A stretch of 63,746 bases of DNA, counting the filler, from Licmophora abbreviata (taxonomy: Eukaryota): the NCBI GenBank assembly GCA_900291995.1. It is 18 parts of 18 records of this genome, joined end to end, with 100 filler letters (N's around TTAATTAATTAA, not from the genome) between each part and the next. Parts side by side here need not be neighbours in the genome. Positions count along the whole stretch, not along the records: positions 33,125 to 40,284 come from OLMU01001627.1; positions 40,385 to 41,487 come from OLMU01001630.1; positions 41,588 to 44,237 come from OLMU01001631.1; positions 44,338 to 48,397 come from OLMU01001632.1; positions 48,498 to 51,880 come from OLMU01001633.1; 13 more parts are not named here. The stretch is one strand, 5' to 3'. The first letter of the stretch is position 1; every line of letters begins with the position of its first letter. Below the pieces are notes generated by a model. It was not told the origin of the DNA and did no database searches. It saw only the letters and a list, made by a program, of their open reading frames with translations. This document shows positions 38,001 through 50,588 of the stretch, piece by piece. Both the position numbers and the translations under genes were made by a program.

Positions 38001-40269
38001 AAGATTTCTCTCGCGACATGAACCGCGTGGTCCAGTTCTACCTCGAATACATGACAGACCAACGCACCGAGTCGACTTGGGTGTGTCACGACGACCAGCT
38101 GCTGGCCCGAATCTATCAGCAATGCACGGCAAAGTTGTTCCTGGACTTCAATTGGAGACACCGTCACCTGTTCGCTGGGAATCGATACATGGATTGGCGT
38201 TCCCTGTCTTGGGCATCTAGCGTGGAAGGTTCGTTCGATCGGATACATGGTATCATTCAGCTCCGGCAGACCAAGTCGATGGCCTAGTTTGACTCTCAAT
38301 AACTTGTTTGTGTGACTCTTGGGCAACGCATCCATAAAGACCAGACACTGTGGCCACTTTGGATTGGCAAGCTTGCTAGCCAAGAACTCGTGCAAGGTGT
38401 GCAGATCGATCCGCGGTCGATCCGAGTGCTGCACAACCACAATGCCGACAACTTCCTGTAAGACGTTGTGGAGGGCCGAAAAGGCAGCGCATGTTTTAAC
38501 GTCCGGATGACTGACGACCGCCTCTTCGACCTCCATGGGACTAATAATTTCGCCTCCACGGTTGATGACCTCCTTCGAACGGCCAGTAATGTATAAATAG
38601 CCTTCTTCGTCCATGTATCCCAAGTCGCCAGTGTTGAACCAGCCTCCTTCCAGAAAAGTCTCGTCCTGAGCTGCGCTCGGCTCCAAAGCATTCTTTCCGT
38701 ACCCTCGAAAGCACGGCGCGCCCCGAACACAAATGGGTCCTTCCGTCCCGTGTGGTAGTGGCTGGAGCGTTGTTGTGTTCAAAATACAAACTTGCGGTCC
38801 CACCGCGACCCCCGATGTGCCTGGCTTTTCCAAGTTGTAGTGCGCGGGTGGACTGGATATCGGCATACACTCTGTCATTCCATAGCTCGGCAATATATTT
38901 GCCTGGAAGGCATCGCGGAGCTGTCGCGCCAGAGATGGCAATAGACCACCCGCAGCGTTCGCAATCATACGTAGTGGAGGAACCTCAGTCAAGTGCTCTG
39001 GCTTGCTCTGTAGAATCAATTGATGCATTGTCGGTGCAGCATAGTACCAGGTGAAGCTCTTATTACCCTTCTCCAATAGATCCCAAAAGATATCTGGATC
39101 AAAGGCAGGGCAGCAAATGACGCAACCGCCGGACAAGACCGGAGAAAAGACTTGGCGTACGATACCTCCCACGTGAAAGAGCGGCATTAAGTTGCAGTTG
39201 ATGTCAGAGGACGTGAGATTCCAACTGAGACTGATAATAGCAGCAGCAACCATAATATCGCCGAGGCAGTGAGGAACAATCTTTTTGCTTCCCGTCGTCC
39301 CCGAAGTAAACAAGAGCAGTACAGCGTCGTCGTGAGAATTGGCCAAGAATCGGTCGAACCGTGCCAAGCGATCCTCCGATTTCAGATGTTGTGAATCAAG
39401 GCGACTGAGATAACTTCCGGCCCCGACATCTGCCTCGGCGTCGGTCCTACTGCTATTTGGTACACTCGGACTTTGAGCGGGACGTGACGCTACAGGCGAT
39501 CGTGGCGGAGAAAGCGAACGTGGCTTGCCGTTTTGATTGCTCACACTGTCGTCGTCATCAGCGTTGTGGCTGTTGGTTTTGCTCGATTCGACAAGTTCGA
39601 AAATACCAGCCTCGGTTTCGCTCGGAACAAGTCCAACAAAGGGTAAGTTGAGTTGATCTGCCAAGTCTTGAATATGCTCAAATCCTGAATTTCCTGCGCC
39701 GCCAAAGCTAGTTCCAGGGGCTGGCCCGAAAATGACATGGGCCTCGCACCGTTGAATGTCCGCCTTGAGTTCGCTCAGCGCGCCATTGGCGTTGAGAGGG
39801 ACGCAGGTAGCCCAATTGGCGATGGAGAGAATGCTCAAGGCCAGCTCCGGTCCATTCGGAAGAACCACGGCGACTACAAGTAATTTAGTGCAAAGGAACA
39901 AAGCAAAGTTGAGATTGACCTTCGGTCCAGCGCGGCACTCTTTCTCGTACACATTGCCCCTCTTTTACTGTCTGATCCCAACTTACTTTTGTGTCCCTTT
40001 CCGAAACCCAAATGATGAAGAGCGGGCCCAAAGTCCCTGAGAACAAAGTCTCGAATACGATCATGAGTAATGCTACTGCGCCCATCGATACTTCCCAAAG
40101 CCTGGCGATCACTGTGCAGCAAGGCAGCACAGAGACTGGGAAAGAGCGGCAAAATCGTCCGTGCTACCTCCTCGCCGTCGATGGCACCAGAAGGCTGAAG
40201 CAAATGGCGACAGGACGTCAGTAGCGGCGAAGAGTCGTCAGCTTGAACAAGCGCCATGTTTGTCAACAT
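35054..40269 (-). CDS. NRPS-like membrane synthetase: adenylation domain + carrier domain + three TM/beta-helix terminal repeats (Pls/PosA-type architecture), ~1700 aa
   Basis: Exon 40269-39987, intron 39986-39874, exon 39873-35054; the junction reads HKIAVVLPNGPE. Adenylation motifs FTSGTTGSKK, SYGMTE, FNTGDLG, GRSKEVINRGGE and LPKSHTNK. Carrier motif FFNLGGSSML. Three KWxxxG...YRLLGAKVG...ExDLxxIG repeats ending in WQGAPA. Confidence 0.9.
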
Positions 40270-40384
40270 GGACGACGACTCTCANNNNNNNNNNNNNNNN
40301 NNNNNNNNNNNNNNNNNNNNNNNNNNNNTTAATTAATTAANNNNNNNNNNNNNNNNNNNNNNNNNNNNNNNNNNNNNNNNNNNN

Positions 40385-40920
40385 CCCCAGGAGCCTGGAC
40401 GTCTGCATCCGGCTGGCTCACGGCCGCCACCGAGTGCGACTGGGAAGGAGTCACGTGTACGCGCGGCACAGTCGTGGGTCTGGACCTTGCCGCAAAGGGG
40501 CTGACGGGACCTCTTCCGAAAGAGTTGGAACTGCTGACCGACCTCTTCCTCTTGGATCTCGGTGGCAATGGTCTCACCGGTCCGATTCCACCTGAGCTTG
40601 GAAGTCTCCAGAAACTTGCCTTTCTGGATCTCGAAGGCTGTGATTTGTCGGGACCCATTCCAAAAGAACTCGGCGGACTCGGCAAGCTGCAACAGCTCTT
40701 GCTGAACGGAAACCCTGGTATTGTTGGTCCCGTCCCAGAAGAATTCGGATCCCTCGCCAGCATGTACATGCTCCAGCTTCAGGGTACCGATCTCATTGGC
40801 AGCATGCCACGCAGCGTTTGCGAGCTCTTTGAGCAGGACACCCTCGGTGCCGCACGACTGCTTTCTGCCGACTGCGCCAAGCTTCGATGCAGGTGCTGTA
40901 CCGAGTGCGCGGATCCGTAG
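40385..40920 (+). CDS. Leucine-rich repeat protein, 3' fragment (5' end lost in spacer)
   Basis: WL...ECDWEGVTC cap, plant-type LxLxxNxLTGPIPxELG repeats, and a C-terminal ADC...CRCCTEC. Confidence 0.85.
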
Positions 40921-41740
40921 TGATGGTATTATAACTTCTCTGTCATACTCGTGCTCTTGTGGTAGTAATTACAATAATTATAAGAAAATGATATTGCGGT
41001 ACACACTGAACTTCTCGACGAACCTGCGGCGGCGGTGATGCTTCTTCTTTGTGTCGTGTACACACTCTTGCGGGACTCGACAGTAGTTCGTACGGACTTC
41101 AAAGAAACGTTGTACGAGAAATGTGTTTATTGTCATGAACCGCTCGTTCTGGTTGCTCTGCTTACAAAGGAAGAACGTGAGATCGCCGTAGAGGCATGGA
41201 CATTCTTCGTTTCGACAGACTGTCGGTCGACTATGGTAGTAGACCTTGACCCAATTCCGTCTCTGCAGTGATGAAAGTAATGCTTTGCGGGGGCAGATGC
41301 GATTTGCTAAAACCATGCTCAGCCATTCGTTCGGTCAGAGACTCTGCTAGAAGACCTTAGTGTTAACGAGTCGCTGTAGAGGCTATTGTTGGCTGATGTC
41401 TATCCAAAGGCTAGCGGCAAAGAGTGCGAGCAAACGAAGTGACACGGATGACTAATCTACGAACGCACAGATAACATCGAAGCTAACNNNNNNNNNNNNN
41501 NNNNNNNNNNNNNNNNNNNNNNNNNNNNNNNTTAATTAATTAANNNNNNNNNNNNNNNNNNNNNNNNNNNNNNNNNNNNNNNNNNNNAGACGATCTAGTG
41601 AGGAATGTTACCGCTGCAGACTACTAGATCGCCATCTCAAACTGCAACCGTTTCTTGCGCATAAGCTCGCTGCCATCCTCGCCTCCAATTATCGAACTTA
41701 GTTTCCCGCCTCGCTCACAGCGTCGTGACAAGCCTTGTCT

Positions 41741-43273
41741 TTAGAGTCCAACCTTGTGCATGAGTCCCTTAACTTGGTCAATTGGACTAACGAACTTGGG
41801 TTTGAATCCGTACAAAGGAAGACTTCCAGCCTCGGGGATCTTCGCCTCATACGTACCCTTGCAGTGCAGCTTTTCCATCGACACAGCACAGCGTTCGACC
41901 ATGGACTCTTCCGCCTTGCGAATCCAAACACGAGGGTCGTAGAACTTCTTGTTGGGCTTGTCCGGGCCGGTGGGGTTTCCAATCTGTCCCTGGAGGTAGT
42001 CGTGCTTGTCGGCCTCAAACTTGCGAAGTCCGTCCCAGTAAGCCCACTGCGTGTCCGTGTCAATGTTCATCTTGACCACACCGTGCTTAACAGCCTCCGT
42101 TATCTCCTCGTCAGTAGATCCGGAGCCTCCGTGCATGACCAGGAAGATCGGATGAGTCTCGTCCGTTCCAAGCTTCTCCTTGGCGTACTCCTGGTGCTTT
42201 CCAAGGCGTCCGGGCTGGAGCGACACGTTTCCCGGCTTGTAGACTCCGTGGACATTTCCGAAGGCAGCAGCGATGGAAAACATGTCTCCAATCTTACTGA
42301 GTGCCTCGTAGACAGCATAGACCTGTTCAGGAGAAGTGTAGAGCTTCTCAGGGTCAACTTCTTCATTGTTGACTCCATCTTCTTCTCCGCCTGGAAACGA
42401 GTGTGCGGGGATAGAGACGCAAGTGAGTGAGAAGGACTCGTCGTCGACAAAACAATGCCCATCGCATCTCGACTGTCACCGCCGCCTTTTTCAGATACAC
42501 CTAAAAATTGACTCACCAGTGATTCCGATTTCCATCTCCAGCCAGATCTTCATCTTTGCAAGTCGCTCAAAGTACTTGCAGCAGATGGCGATGTTCTCGT
42601 CGTCCGGCTCTTCCGAAAGCTGTAAGCAGAAAGAGAGAACGTTGTCATTCTGAGTCGAGTTCCCACGCGTAGCAATCTCGATCTATCTGCACTTTAGGAG
42701 ATTTCCTACCGATAGACACTTACATCGAGCATGTGGGACGAGTAAAGCGGCTCTCCGTACTGCGCAAAGTACTCTTCGTCGGCCTCAATCATCCCATCGA
42801 ACCAGGGCAAGAGTTTCTTGGCACAATGATCACTGTGCAAGACAACGGGAATCCCATAGTAGGGTGCCATGGTGCGGACATGCAAGGCCATGGCGACAGC
42901 ACCTGCAGCAGAGGTGTTCGGGTCTTTCGTGGATTTTCCGGCAAAAAAGGTTCCTCCGCCGTTGCTGACCTGAATCATGACGGGTGAGTTGTACTTTTTC
43001 GCGGCTTCCATGGCGGCATTGCAGGTGGACGAGCTGAGCGTGGAAACAGAGAGTTTCAGGAGACACAACGTGAGATTGTGTGTATGATTCGATTCGTGTA
43101 CCAGTACGAGACTCCTTGTTCGGACCCAAATCCAAAATTAGATGAAATTGAACTCACCTGGTACAGTTGAAGGCCGGAATTGCATAGCCGTTATCCTTGG
43201 CATGTTTGAGAAGCTTCATGAGGTCATCTCCGGTGACGACTCCCGGGGGAACGATATCTGAAAGGGACGACAT
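41741..43273 (-). CDS. FBA: Class II (type A) fructose-1,6-bisphosphate aldolase, probably cytosolic
   Basis: Exons 43273-43158, 43033-42724, 42619-42517 and 42390-41741. Motifs YAIPAFNC, LHSDHCAK, SSHMLDLSEE, EMEIGITGGEEDGV, FGNVHGVYKPG, HGGSGS, KMNIDTD and YDPRVW. No presequence. Confidence 0.96.
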
Positions 43274-43573
43274 GGTCAACAGCAGGCAGGTGGCAAATGT
43301 TCGCTGGATCTTGGTATCTTTGTGTTCGCGAAGTAGGATAGGTTCACGTTGGAACATCGCCTTCGCTTTGTTCTTCCTTCTGCTTACGTTGCGTGTGTGC
43401 CAGTCTTTATGAAATCTGCTGGGAGTATCGTCACACAGACACAAATTTAAATCTGTATTAATTTCTGTATACTTCCCAATATTGCATGCGTTGGGCCGGC
43501 GTTGGGCCTTTTCGACATCATTCAGGAAAAGAGGAAAACGAGATTGCACTTCACTTTTTGGACGTCCATCACC

Positions 43574-44576
43574 ATGGTTAAGAAAACATCGAAGAACGGC
43601 ATCCTTACGGGGCGTAGACCACTGTTTCTATGCGTTATACTGTCCTTATTGATGCAAAAGGTGCAGGCAGTGAAGATCGGAGACATGAGCAGCAGTCGTT
43701 CAGCTCGAACGGTGGAATTCACAAACAATGGGCGTGACTCGCCTCGGTCTCGACATGATGGTCAAGGGGTCAATCATGCGACTTCTCGTAGAAGAGAAAC
43801 AACGCTGTCGTACCAATGGCTCTTTGGATACGCCGACTCGTTGAGTAACGAGTCGATCGTTACTAGTGATCCCGACGCGTCGACGGCTCAGGTATCGACT
43901 GAAAAGAGGTGAGTTGTCTCTTCTGTTCAGTGCCGCTCAAACGATCGCAAAGGAAGACCAATGATGGTAGACTCACATTCGTGTCCCTTTCTCTTAAGAC
44001 CTATCGACACCAAGTGTTTTCACTCAGAGCCTGATACTGACTCTGCTCATGGCTTTGCCGCGTACGAGCCCAACCAGCTGGTGCAGAAGATCGATTGCAT
44101 CGAGGAAAGATCATATGCCGCTCCTTCTGCACCCGTGCCAGCAAGCCGACCCGTCGATCATCCTGTTAGACCATCGTACGCTAGCAACGATCAGTATGCA
44201 CCGACAACGCCACATTTTCCAATTGTCTCGTTTCCTGNNNNNNNNNNNNNNNNNNNNNNNNNNNNNNNNNNNNNNNNNNNNTTAATTAATTAANNNNNNN
44301 NNNNNNNNNNNNNNNNNNNNNNNNNNNNNNNNNNNNNGTAAAGCAGGAAAGAAGAGATCCTCGCCGTCCAAGGGCTTGTCCCCAAGTGCCCCATCTTATC
44401 GGTCGCCCGTGCATTCACCGGTATATCATGGAAAGGGACGATACAAGAATGGTCAGAACGGTTCTTCGGTTGCACCTGCTGCAGCACCGGCTAGTGACAG
44501 ATATCCAACAAGTATCTCGGCTACCCCGAAGTGCAAAAATGAGAGGCATTGTGGGAGGGCGACACGGCCTGTCTGA
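43574..44576 (+). CDS. Hypothetical secreted low-complexity protein spanning a spacer
   Basis: Hydrophobic LFLCVILSLLMQKVQA, a gtgag donor at 43909, and Pro/Ser/Tyr-rich frames downstream. The exon structure is unresolved. Confidence 0.35.
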
Positions 44577-44832
44577 AAAGCCTTCCAGTGTATTATCAGC
44601 TCGTTCCATCAACAATGCATGTGTTCGCTCCTTGTAGTCAAACTAGATTAAGCTGTCTTCCTCGCCCCTTTTCCCTTGTTAATCGAGTGCACCCAATGCG
44701 GGTAGGTTGCCCTGGTTGATGAACCTGGAAAGATTTTGCTTTGATTTGACAAACATGGAGAAGTAGTCTTGAAAGTACGAATAGTGTCTATGTCTGCCAA
44801 TAGGAGTCTAAGTCTGGGACGAACTTAAAGCG

Positions 44833-47800
44833 TTACATCTCCGTACTACTTGTACTCGAATATCGATTCGCACGGAGCCGACGCACCGCTCCCGATACCG
44901 TAAAGCTTATTGTCAGGCCTCCAAGCATATTACCGCTTGCTCCAGCTTCATCATAGCCAAGGGCAGAGAGCATGTATAGCCCATTCGGTGGGGTGCTCCA
45001 CTTGGCGTAGTCTCCGCCAGAATCACCTGCGATTGCGAATGGCGCGAAGGACTCGACGTTTACGATCTTTCCATTTAGTACGAAAAGTATACTCCCAATT
45101 GTCCCCACCGTATCTGCTCGAATGTTAACATTCGGAGTCATTGACAAGTCGATAGTGTCTCCCCAAGAAAGGACTGTGATGTCTGTGTCCGTTTCGGAAT
45201 CAACTAACGTGAAAGCTGTGATGGAGGGTTCGATGGCCGTGTCCTCAGTCGGTGACGGCGTTGGCTGTACTGTTGGCCTTGAAGTAGGGGGTGTCGTATC
45301 TTCGGTAGGAGACGGCGTTCGTTGTATTGTTGGACTTGTAGTAGGAGATGCCGTATCCGTAGGTACGGTTGGATGTAGTGTAACATCAACAGTAGGTACA
45401 CGAGTCGGTGCTGAAGAAGGTTGCTCAGTTGGAGAAGACGTTAATGCAGAAGTGGTGGGCTGCATAGTCGCACTAGCAGTAGGCGTGGTCGTCGGCTCTA
45501 TTGTAGGTTGGCCAGTAGGAGAGGAAGTATCTTCGTACTTGGATGGCTTCCCAGTCGCTTCAACAGTAGGTGAGTGCGTCGGCACTGTTGTTGGCCACAA
45601 AGTAGGAGCTGGTGTCTCATTTTGCAGCTCGGTTGGCGAGAGAGTCGTCTCCGCAGATGGTGACAAAGTGCTCGCTGTCGGCTCGGGAGTTGGTTCGAGG
45701 GTCGGCACGGAGCTCGGCTCCGGAGTGTCCAGTTCGGTTCTCACTTGGACAATGGTCATCTGGATCGATAAACTATTTCCAGGATTGCTCTCTCCATCGT
45801 AAACTATAGCAGTGAGTGTGTGAGTGCCCAGACTTTTGGGGTACCACTGATTGTAGTTTCCACTGTAATCTCCAGCCAACGCGTAGGGCGGGAAACTCTC
45901 TTGCCACTGCAGAATGCCATCAATCATGAATACAACACTACCGATGTCGCCTGCTGTATTGGCACGTATGTTTATCTTTGGTGTCTCGTTCAACACAATC
46001 ATGGTACCGTCCGTCAGTGTAAAAATGTCAAGGTTCGTCGCTGAGTTCACCAAAGTAAAACTGGTAACGGATGGGCCATTCGTTGTAGGCGATGACGTCG
46101 GATCAGTCGTAGGAGCGACCGTGAGTTGGAATGTCGGTTCCAGCGTAGGCGCCACCGTCGTTGGTCTGAAGGTTGATTGTACAGTTGGCGTTGCGCTAGG
46201 CAATTCAGTTGACCTATCAAAGTCGGTTGTGTGCTGAATTCTATGGTCGGAGACACGGTGGGAAGATGTGTCGGTTGAGCTGAAGGGTAGACGGTCGGTG
46301 GCAGTTGAAATCCGTTGGGATCTGTCGGAGGTTGCACAGTTGGTACCGGCGTAAGCGCAATGGTTGGAAAGTCAGTTGGTCCCGGTGTAGGCTGTCCAGT
46401 TGGCGTCAAGGTCAATTCGGATGTCGGCAGTGCACTTGGGTCTAAAGTCGAACCAAGCGATGCTTGTGTCGAAGGTTGAGCAGTTGGGGGCAACTGCCAT
46501 CCATTTGGGTCTGTTGGTGGTTGCAGCGTCGGCTCCGGCGTTTGCGGGATAGAGGGAACCTGCGTCGGTGTGGGTGACTGCGGCTCACTTGGTTCCGGTG
46601 TTGGCAATGTAGATGGCGTCGGAGTCTCCAGTGGAGTCGGGTCTGGCGTCGGCTCTTCAGTGGGCGTCGCGGTTGAAGGTCGCTCCACAATGTCTAGGCC
46701 AATTGAAAGGCTTCTGCCCTGGAGTCCGTTCCCATCGTAAATTGTTGCCTTTAGCTCCTGTGTACCCAGCTTGAATTCCCAGTCATAAAAGTCTCCATTG
46801 GCGTCACCCCCAATTGCGTAGGGCGCGTAACTCTCAGTTCTAACCAAAATCCCATCAATGTAGAATTGTACGCTCCCGATAGCGCCCTGAGTATTGGCCA
46901 CGATGTTGATCTTTTCCTCTTGGTTCAATACCGCGACCTCGGCTCCATCCAGCAGATCCACAATGTTGCTGTTCGTCGCAGAGTCCACTAAAGTGAAACC
47001 AACAATTGATGGCTCCGCAACAGTAGGTTGCTCCGTCGGATCATCGACTAGTGGCACGAGACTTGGTCTGCTTGTGATTATTGACTCGGAACTCGGAGCT
47101 TGGCTGGGGGGCAAACTTGGTTGCTCCTCCATCAATGTGCTTACGGCCCGTGCAGTTCGTTCCCCCACGATGAGCATCGATGCCGGGTCATAGTGGTAGA
47201 AACACATCAAGTCGTCCGTTTTTACAAACTCACACTCCCCGTCGCTCAAACAGAAAGCCTCTTGAGCTGCCACGACTAGCTTTCCCTCTACACTGCCGCT
47301 CCTCCAGCAACCAATGCCAATGATAACGACAGGGATATCTGATGCTTGTTCGTGAGTCCCCGCAGGATTTGCGCGGAAAATTTCGCCACGGACGCTGTTG
47401 ATAAAGGACGCCAAGTTGGTCTCATAGTTCTCAGGATCTCCTTGACTGAAAGTGTCTTGTGAACCCTGGAACCAGACAAAGGCTTCAATTGGACAATCTC
47501 CAGTTCTACAGTTGGAATGAATGGATTCCATATCCTCGATGCGGTCGAAAAGTGCCTTCCAGTGAACGTCAGTCTGATCTGACCACTCGGCAAGAGTGGT
47601 TCCACCGGATGCTACCTTTGCCATCCCATAAGTTTCACTACCGAGTACATTGTTCAAAGTGTGAGCCATCATGAGTTCGACTCCATATGGCGATCCGCAT
47701 CCGGCATCCGGATTGACCTTGTCCGCGGTAGTCAAACTCCCGGTGAAGGCGTAGGTCGCTGGATGATCCATAGTACAAACGACTTCATCGACGGGATTCA

Positions 47801-48158
47801 GAATGTTGGAGTAGATTTCTCCATCATCGATGGCTAGTAATGAATCGACTTCAAAGGCAGCGACTGCGTCGTCGACAATGAATTCGACGGGGTCGTTAGG
47901 CACTTTCTTGCATTCTTCAATCAAGTCGGCCCGTCGCGATTTAGAGTTCCCAACAAGGATTTCAACCAAGCTCTGTAAAGACTGTCCCGGTGCATTTTCT
48001 GGATGGCTATTGGTATATCGAATCCCAGCCTCGCTTGGATTGCCCACCATGTTAGACTGCCCCGCCATGAGAAGCCACGGCATCCGTGCATTTACACTGT
48101 GGGGCGTGAAACATAGAGCCAAAGTGAGAGCCCAAAAGGGGTAGAGTAACCTGGTCAT
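44833..48158 (-). CDS. Secreted SGNH esterase (SASA / carbohydrate esterase family 6-like) with three Ig-like modules and Pro/Thr linkers; one frameshift near 46225 as assembled
   Basis: Signal peptide, LLMAGQSNMVG, KVASGGTTL and FVWFQG. Three ~100-aa FTLV(D/N)S.T...INI.ANT.G.IGS...ES..P(Y/F)A..GD..G modules separated by PT repeats. Confidence 0.82.
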
Positions 48159-49049
48159 GGTGAGATAGAAGCGATTTCCTCATCAGAATGAGCTTGTCAT
48201 GTGTTCCATTCGAGACTCATCCCAGTCATCGCGGCTCATTCACGAAACACGCATCGGCATATTTTCCGCCATGGGCATATCCATGATGGCGCGAGTCACA
48301 GTTTGAAACGCGAGTATCTAAACAAAAGGGTAGTTTGGGTCGAGGGAGTCGAATCGAGTCAAGGGGCGCGCAGGAAAGTTGCCGTCCGTCCGTCCCCNNN
48401 NNNNNNNNNNNNNNNNNNNNNNNNNNNNNNNNNNNNNNNNNTTAATTAATTAANNNNNNNNNNNNNNNNNNNNNNNNNNNNNNNNNNNNNNNNNNNNTTT
48501 ACTTAACGAAACGTGTTATTCCTTGCACCCTGACTTACGGTACGATAGTAGTATGTAGCTGACTTCGGTTATGAGCGCTCCGTAGGGGCCCTTCTCCCAC
48601 GGAGCGATGGACAGGTGACGGCTTTGAGGCGCAGCGCGCGGCCGGGTCATCGAGTCACGAATGAATCGAAGGTGATGGCGACGCGAGACGCGAGCTCGCC
48701 GAAACGCGGGATCGCATCAACAGCACAATGACGGCTCGGAGATCTGATCGACGACGAAGGCGTAGAGGCGACTCTCTGTCGATCTCTTTCACAATCGTTC
48801 TCACTGGACCATCCTTGATTTGTGTACAGACTTAACTTTCTAATTTCCTTTTTATTGGAGCTCATTTGGTCAAAGCTTCGTGAAATCCCGTTTTTCAGAC
48901 TTTGAATTCTGTTAACTTTCAGCTTGGAGACCTTCACGACGACAGACATCATCATTCTGTCACCACTGCTTTCTTCTTCCTCGTCTTCGCCGTCCGGTTT
49001 GACGTATCGTCCTAGGAGTTCCTTGCACACTCCCCGTCAAGACCGCAGT

Positions 49050-50046
49050 ATGCCGTTCTCGTCAATGGAAATGGCCGAGGCAGGCGTCTCGCTGGCGCTC
49101 TCCGGGGGAGCTGCGGGAGGCTTGAGAAAGGAAGGGAGCAACTATAGGAAGAATCTGTTTCATACTCTATCATATGGACTCTCCCTGTCAACAGGTACGT
49201 TTTCTGTGCTGGATCTGTACCAGACAAAATGGAAAACGATCCAACATTCTTTGCCCGTGTACCTGCTGTCCTTCCAGCGAGTGCGGCGATTCTAGGCATG
49301 ATTGCCTCGTCGACAACATTCGCTTATCTGGCGATGTGTCTTTCGCTGATCATGGCCAACGTGGCGCTATTTCAGCGCTTTATGCTCAGTCGATTAGAGA
49401 GTAAGTGTTTCATTCTGTGCTGCGTGCATATGTCTCGTTCTACCCTGTATGGATCATGATTCTTTTGTGTTGCACCTTGGGCAAAACGACACTCTCGTGC
49501 CTTCGACTAACTCCATCTCGGCTCACACGGCTCGCTTCATGTCTTCTCCTTCCAGCCTTCCGTCAAGTACACAATCGTATTCGAGAAGAAGTCAATCGTT
49601 TGCAACGCGAGAACTTTGCACTCACGAGTGAGATCAACAAATTGTCGCATCAAGCGCAGCGCGTCGAACAAGTCGAGGGTGAGCTGCAGACGATACTTTC
49701 GCAGCAGCAACAGTCGACCGAGTCTTTCGTTGCACTTGTCAAGCAGAACAAAGGCATCCAGTTAAAGCTCCGAGACGCCCTCGTTACGCAGATTCTGCAG
49801 TCCTTTTTGAGTATCATCTTGTTGAGTGATTTAGATCGGGATTTCAATATTGATCCAGAAGAAGTCAACATCTTGCTAGCACGTGTCCGAGCGCTTCCCG
49901 GAGTGGAGAAAGTTGAGGAAGATCGTGTCAAGCATTTGTTATTGCATCGTGGGAGTGGACTTGAGGCAGTGTACAATTTGGTGCACGACTTGACGGATGA
50001 GGAGAAGCGATGGGTCACTATCTCGTGCGAACATCTTCATTCGTAG
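49050..50046 (+). CDS. Hypothetical membrane protein: TM segment, coiled coil and EF-hand-like loop
   Basis: Hydrophobic exon ~49195-49400 with a gtaagt donor. The last exon has heptad-like IREEVNRLQRENFALTSEINKL and DLDRDFNIDPEE. The 5' structure is uncertain. Confidence 0.55.
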
Positions 50047-50588
50047 AAGAAACGGGTCCACTGCCGACAGAAATGGGGAAATCTGGGTTCGGCTGATACA
50101 CGGTCAGGGGTGGCGCATATGGTATGTTGGCACAGTACTATCGGCATCAATGGGAAACTAGGTAGTGTCTCGATTGTTGTTGTCGACTCTCGAGAGTTTC
50201 AATAGCGCAGCTCTTGCCCGTTGGAGTGCGTCACGGTAGAAACTTTAGCCGTACTAGGTACATGCACCGATCCACGCCTAGCTCGTAGCTCCAGTACCTC
50301 GCCAGGACTGTCTCATTGGTCCAGATTGTGTACATGTTGGCATAATCACGGGATTCAATCTCGGTTGTACCGCTTCCCACCGGGTCGCTGTAAAGCAGTT
50401 GTCTTGGTCCCCCCTTTCGCGCTCGCCTCTTTCCGTTGAATCTTCAGGCGACAAGCGCTAGTCATCTAGTCTATCGCATACGCAAAGGACAGTGCTCAGG
50501 CGTTTACCTCGTAAGCGACATATGAAGGAATAGAAATCGTGTAGGTTACATACATTAGAAGTTTGACTCTCATGCGCTGGCAGAGTCT

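Noticed and set aside
41035..41316. Short ORFs on both strands between the LRR fragment and the aldolase
   Set aside because: No motifs or splice support; treated as intergenic.
32235..43273. A biosynthetic gene cluster around the NRPS-like gene
   Set aside because: The neighbours (Cys-rich protein, LRR fragment, aldolase) are not tailoring enzymes, transporters or a PPTase, and a spacer lies immediately upstream of the gene.
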